Part shown: one piece after another, positions 58,515 through 64,000 of the stretch | How the letters are laid out: every line of letters starts with the position of its first letter | How positions within the stretch are numbered: the first letter of the stretch is position 1 | Source of the DNA: Heteronotia binoei | Taxonomy: Eukaryota | NCBI RefSeq assembly: GCF_032191835.1 | Contig: NC_083226.1 | Location: forward strand, 136,896,001-136,960,000 | Length of the DNA: 64,000 nucleotides | Direction of reading: 5' to 3' | Program-made: the position numbers and the translations under genes | Notes under the pieces: generated by a model | Databases searched by the model: none | What the model saw: only the letters and a program-made list of their open reading frames with translations | Told to the model about the DNA's origin: nothing

Positions 58515-59740
58515 CAGGGTTTCCCAACATGCCCCCCCCCCAGACCAGTTATTTCTATACTTCTCCTTTGTGGCCCACTAAAATTTGAGGGTGGAGCCGG
58601 GAGACAGGAAAGTACAAAAATGCTTAAAAGTCTTGCAATATTTTGTTTCAGAAAGATAGAACAGTGGGATTTTGCAATGCAATCTTAAAAAATAAAGCAT
58701 CAAGAAAAAGCACAAGAATCACATTCAGAAAACTAAAAAAATATAATGCTCTCAGCCTGGGAAAACATGAAATGGCAGGAAGGGGCTTTTCCTCCCCCCC
58801 CCTCCCCGCCCGTCTACTCAGATTAGCAATGGGAAGGAAGAAGAACCTGATTGACAGAGAGAAGACGGGAAAAGACAGAGAGAGAGAGAGAAAGGAAGAA
58901 AGGGAGGGAAAGGCAGGGGGGGAGTGGGAAATAAAGCTTCCCTCTGGCCAGCCTCTTATCCTCTTTATTGCCCCACACCTCTATCCCATGTGCCTTCTCC
59001 CTTCCCCATTCACCTCTCTGCCTGTCTCTCAGCCTTCCCTTCCGTTGCTGCATTCCTCTCCCCCTCGGCCTTTGCCCCACCCCCAGGCCAGCCCTCCTCC
59101 TGCTATCCTTTTGCTCCAGCTGGCACAGGCTGCTGGCAACGTCAGGGCTGCTGCTGCTTCAGCTGCTCGGGCCTGGGTGTCACTCCTTCCTCTCCCCCTG
59201 CCGTCGCGGAGACCATCGGGGCTGTCCGCAGCTCTCCCAGCAGCACTGTCATCAGGCATAGCCAAGCCCGGCCAGGGAGGCTGAGCCAGAAGGACGTGTT
59301 GGGCGGGACTGCCCTGGTTGCTGCATTGGGGCCCTGATGGGCACACACCATCCCCGTCCCTCGCTGTTGGCGGTGATCTCACCCAACATGTCCTTCCGGT
59401 GCAGCCTCCCTGGCCGGGCTGGCTGTGCCTGATTATGGCCACTGGGAAAGCTGCAGCCAGCCCCGATGGTCTCCACGACGGTGGGAGGGAGGGGGAGGAG
59501 TGACACCCAGGCCTGAGCGACTGAATTAGCAACCCTGACGTTGCCATCAGCCTGCACCCGCCGGAGCGAAAGGATAGCAGGAGGAGAGCTGACCCAAGGG
59601 TGGGGCAAAGGCTGAGGGGGAGAGGGATGCAGCAACAGGAGGGAGAGAGGGTGTGGGCAGTGTGGCAAGGCATCCATGGCCCGGCATCGAGGTGTCCAGG
59701 GTGCGGTACCAGGTCGGGACCTGGTAAATGGGAGACACTG
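58515..59740. mobile_element. Non-autonomous hAT-like element (~1.2 kb) with a long internal inverted repeat
   Basis: Termini CAGGGTTTCCC / GGGAGACACTG. Flanks TTTTGGAC/CTTTTGAC (6/8). Internal arms ~59037-59303 and ~59382-59643. Confidence 0.65.
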
Positions 59741-59748
59741 CTTTTGAC

Positions 59749-59941
59749 CAATACTCCCTCTAAGCTGTGGAGTCTTGTGAGCAAAAGTTCTACTTTGGAA
59801 CTACTGGCATTAAAGCTGTGAGCTGCTGCATAAATTACTTTGCTCTGGAGCCATATTTCCTGAGCTAAAACAAAAATGTGTAAGCTGGAGGCCAAAAAAC
59901 TGTGAGCTAGCTCACACTAACTCAGCTTAGAGGGAACACTG
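59749..59941. mobile_element. hAT MITE, 193 bp
   Basis: CAATACTCCCTCTAAGCTG / CAGCTTAGAGGGAACACTG termini. Flanks CTTTTGAC/CTTTAGAC (7/8). Confidence 0.8.
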
Positions 59942-61366
59942 CTTTAGACATGTCTTCATTAAGATGGAAAACTAGTTCATGTAGCTGGGGGCTTAATTGA
60001 TTGAACTCTCTTTCTCTCTCTCTCACACACACACCCCTACATGGAGAAAATCATCATAATCACAACTTTATTAGCATAGCAAACTAAACATGTAGAAAAA
60101 TTCACCTTGGCTTACTGATTTTCTGTGGGAAGTTTTGTGAAGGAAACGTTCAATCATGTATGCTTCCATCTGTAATCTGTAGACAAACTTTGCTGGTCTT
60201 AAAGGTGTCACTGGACTCTAACTTTATTCTGTGGAAGAACAGATGGAATGCAGGTTTAGCACCTCAGTGTTTATTTATTCGTATTTATATCTCGCCCTCC
60301 CTGCCGAAGCAGTGTGAACTAGGCCATTTTCACTCTGGGGATAGCTTGTGCTATGCATTTCTGTGGCTCACTTTTCTATAACAGTTCTTCCAGAGTATTG
60401 CCAGACAGAGACAGGACTCTCATTTGTTTCAAAGAAGAAGAATCTACTCTAATAGAACTACTGCTAGTGTTAGTTGTTTTTACTTACCAATATTTCTTTT
60501 AAAAATGGATTTTAACCTTTGGCTTTAACTTTCACTTTGCAAGTTGAGCATGCAAGTCCTGCAGTCTTTGTAAGACACCAAACGTGTGACTGGACTGGAC
60601 TGGACTCCAACATGCTTTGATAGCCAGCACACAGTTTGTTTAATTGGTCCTCTTGTTGAGGCCAAGCTTGCATAACAGTCTCTCATTTTAATGGTCACGT
60701 TGTTCTGAAGCAAAGTACATTCTAGCAGAGGGACCAAATTCAGGTATTTTAAAGAGAATTTTCTTTCATTCTTTGGGATGAAGGATGGGCTTTTTTGAGA
60801 AAGGAACATTTGAGTAATAAAATAACTAAACAAAGTAACTATCTTAAGGTCATCATAACAAAAAATTGACATAAATCAATATTTAGATCTCTTTGTTCTT
60901 CTGGCGCCTGATTCTCTTTCATGCAGAGGTCAGAGGAAGGTATGATGTAACTGACATGGGGGTATTTCTCTCTTTTCACCCTGACTGTGCTGGGGCTGTT
61001 GGGCAAACAACCTCTTTCCCAATGTTCTTTCCCAATTCACATACCCCATGCTTCAGCTGCTCTTTATGGGGTGCTGTGCCGGGGAGTAGTTGGATATATA
61101 TCTCATCATGCCTGACTAATGTCTAGTGAGACAGAGGCAAGATAATCTTCTCTTGGTCCCCTGCTGGGTTAACAACACCAGTCTTGGCATGCAGCACATT
61201 AAGTGAGGGTAAAACATGGAGGGGAGGGGGGTAACAAAAGGAAACAGGATTAATCATGAAAATGCATTAAGACGTCTGCAACAAAGATAAACAATCTGCT
61301 CACTGCTAAAAATGTTAGGGATGTGCTAATTTTCTCTCACCTTTGTCTCCTCACCCCCCCTTGTAG

Positions 61367-62466
61367 TGGAAGATAAAACAGTGAAACCAAAAGGAAGAAC
61401 TTTCATTCGTCAAAATATCAACACAATCAATAGCTCTGAAGAAGCATATGGTGTGGATAGCTTTGCAGCCGGGATCCTTACTGGGAAACTGACTACAGTT
61501 TTTCTGCCTGTGGTCTATATTCTGGTGTTCATTGTTGGCTTACCAAGCAATGCCATGGCTCTGTGGGTCTTCTTGGTAAGAACCAAAACGAAGCATCCGG
61601 CAGTGATTTATATGGCTAACCTGGCACTGGCAGATCTTCTTTTTGTGATCTGGTTCCCCCTGAAGATTGCATACCACATTAATGGCAATAACTGGATCTT
61701 TGGTAAAGGCCTCTGCAGAGTACTGGTTGCGTTCTTCTATGGAAACATGTACTGCTCCATTCTTTTTATGACCTGCCTCAGTGTACAAAGGTACTGGGTA
61801 ATTGTGAACCCCATTCTTCACTCAAGAAAGAAATCAGACATTGCTGTGGGGATTTCAGTGGCAATATGGATTCTAATTTTTCTGGGTACCATTCCGTTGT
61901 ACATTGTTGACCAAACAGTTTATCTTAATGACCTAAACATCACAACTTGTCATGACGTCTTGCCTTACAAGGTTGTGGCTGAGGACATGTATAATTACTT
62001 CCTTTCCCTTGCAATTGGGGTCTTCTTATTCCCAGCTGTTCTTACATCTGCTGCTTACATTCTCATGATCAAGACTCTGAATGCTTCCATTACAGATGTA
62101 AATATTGGGAAGAAACGGAAAAGAGCCATCAAGCTCATTATTACAGTACTTTGCATGTATCTCATCTGCTTTCTGCCTAGCAACATCCTGCTTGTGGTGC
62201 ACTACGCCCAGATAAAAAACCATCGCATTGGCAACGTATATGCATCCTACATCACAGCACTGTGCTTGTCTACTTTAAACAGCTGCATTGATCCATTCAT
62301 TTATTATTATGTTTCAAAAGACTTCAGGGACAATCTGAAAAATGCTCTTCTCTGTAGAAGTGTGCGCAAGACAAGGAGGATGCAAGTTTCCCTCTCTTCA
62401 AGCAGATACGCACGGAAATCCCCCCCTTATTCATCTAGTTCAAACACAACACAGTCGACCTACTAA
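61367..62466 (+). CDS. F2RL1: Proteinase-activated receptor 2, coding exon 2; spliced product 390 aa
   Basis: Acceptor CCCTTGTAG|TG, phase 1. KGR cleavage site; ILTGKLTTVFLPVVY, GLPSNAMALW, CLSVQRYWVIVNP (PAR2-specific QRY), NITTCHDVLP, LNSCIDPFIYYYVSKDF, RMQVSL. Stop TAA 62464-62466. Confidence 0.97.
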
Positions 62467-63312
62467 GTAAATATATATGTGAGGAAGGCAAGAAAACCTC
62501 AGCATGTTGGCAGAGAGACTTTTGCTTTTGGAAATGGAACTCTAGGAAAGTTTTGTTCATGCTAGAACTTGATTACAAGTGGCAACTCGTGCTTTTTTTC
62601 TTTCTTATGGAACTCAAGTGGCTTATACTAGTATGCTTGTTTTCAAATGGAAAGATAGGCAGTAGTCCTGATGGAGGTGCTGTGCTTGAAAAAATCAGAA
62701 GGGTTCTGGTTTTGCAGAGCAGTTATGTGCCGAAGGACTTTGTGTGTTTGTGTTGATAAGTGGACTATTATTAATATCCAATACATTGTATCAGAAGTCT
62801 TGTCACTGATCTGTTTAATAGGTAATTGGGTTGCCAGGTCCTCCTTGGCCACTGACAGGGGATTTGGGGGGCGCTGTACCAGGTTTGCCAGATCAAGGTT
62901 GGGAAACTCCTAGAGATTTGGGAATGGAACCCAAGGAGGGCAGGGACCTCAGTGCCATAGATTCCAGCCTCCATTTTCTGCAGGGGATCTTATCTCTGTG
63001 GTCTGGAGATGAGCTGTAATTCCAAGGGAATACCCACTTGGAGGCTGGCAACCCTAGATAAACAGTCTTTAGCATGGTACTGTTTGTTTAATAACAGATG
63101 AAGTCGTGTCCTGCAAAATGTGTTTGCAGTATGGAAACCAGTTGTTTTTATGTTTGCCAAACCTATCTTTTGCCAATATAGGAATGTATGAGAAAGACCA
63201 TGTTTTCTTCATTTGCACTGATTCACATATCCTATTTTATTTTTAACATATTTAATAAGTATTGGTTATCCTGCATGTAGCATGTAATGACAAGCTACTT
63301 CTGAAACTGTTT

Positions 63313-63408
63313 TGTATTTCACCCTGAGCTCCTTTGAAGAACAGTATAAAATATATAATGCATTATATATTTTATACTGTTCTTCAAAGGAGCTCAGGGT
63401 GAAATACA
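63313..63408. repeat. Perfect 96-bp spacer-less palindrome
   Basis: 63313-63360 is the exact reverse complement of 63361-63408 (checked base by base). The centre is ATGCAT. Confidence 0.97.
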
Positions 63409-63519
63409 GGCATCTGTTTTACCCTCACAACATCCCTGTGAGTAGGTTAGGATAAGAGAGAGCAATTAGCCCATGGTCACCCAAACAATCTGATAGCTGG
63501 GTAGGGATTTTTGTGATAT

Positions 63520-63950
63520 AAATGTTTTTTATTTTATATATACAAACATAGAAACGAACAGAAAAAGGTAGAATAAGATAGAAATACCACAGTAATTCAT
63601 TTATACATATAAAATCATATTTTGGCAAATACCACTCTTGCTGCCATCACCATATATTTAAATAGTTCATTATGAATTTTTGATACATTAGATGGTACTA
63701 TGTTTAATAACAATTTTTTTATTCATCAGGAAGTTGACTTTCAATGTCTTTTGTATTTCTTCATGGATCTTTATCCAGTTTTTTAATCTTTGTTACAAGG
63801 CCATGATATATAATATAAGGTTGGATCTGTACTGCATTTCCAGCATCTGGCATTGTGGCTCTTGTTTGCTTTTGCAATTTCTTTGAGTATGATGTACCAT
63901 CTGAAGAACATTTTATACCAATTGATTTTGATTTTTGATGCCTATGCTAT
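63520..63950 (-). mobile_element. L1 ORF2 C-terminal remnant
   Basis: Minus strand YKMFFRWYIILKEIAKANKSHNARCWKC, then decays into an A-rich tail. Confidence 0.65.
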
Positions 63951-64000
63951 CAAGTCTTGGCTCAGTGCTAACCCCTACTTCACACAGGCTATCGGTACTA

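Noticed and set aside
58643-59895. Cluster of overlapping Pro/Ala/Ser-rich ORFs on both strands
   Set aside because: Explained by the GC-rich inverted repeat of a non-autonomous DNA transposon.

Overview
Squamate reptile genomic DNA, probably gecko (inferred from Sauria/5S-Sauria SINEs, BovB-type RTE and the CR1 family), covering part of the protease-activated receptor cluster. Three two-exon GPCR genes lie on the + strand. Two are tandem PAR1 (F2R)-like paralogs (CDS 1672-1747 + 6960-8128, and 23304-23370 + 24251-25350). The third is PAR2/F2RL1 (49490-49562 + 61367-62466), with a CpG-island promoter. The ORF track misses all three signal-peptide exons; I reconstructed them from phase-1 GT/AG junctions. 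Main finding: both PAR1-like receptors keep the 7TM core and near-identical intracellular loops, but have lost the Arg/Ser thrombin cleavage site, the acidic hirudin-like exosite and several conserved ligand-pocket residues. They look like a diversifying family of non-thrombin, PAR1-derived receptors. The rest is dense, nested mobile DNA: a decayed Ngaro-type tyrosine-recombinase retrotransposon plus a solo derivative, an apparently intact CR1 inserted into a BovB-like RTE, L1/L2/Penelope fragments, many hAT and Harbinger MITEs with clear TSDs, and several long hairpins, including a perfect 96-bp palindrome downstream of F2RL1. There is one 131-bp N gap (33681-33811). All coordinates and alignments were done by eye; no database searches were run.
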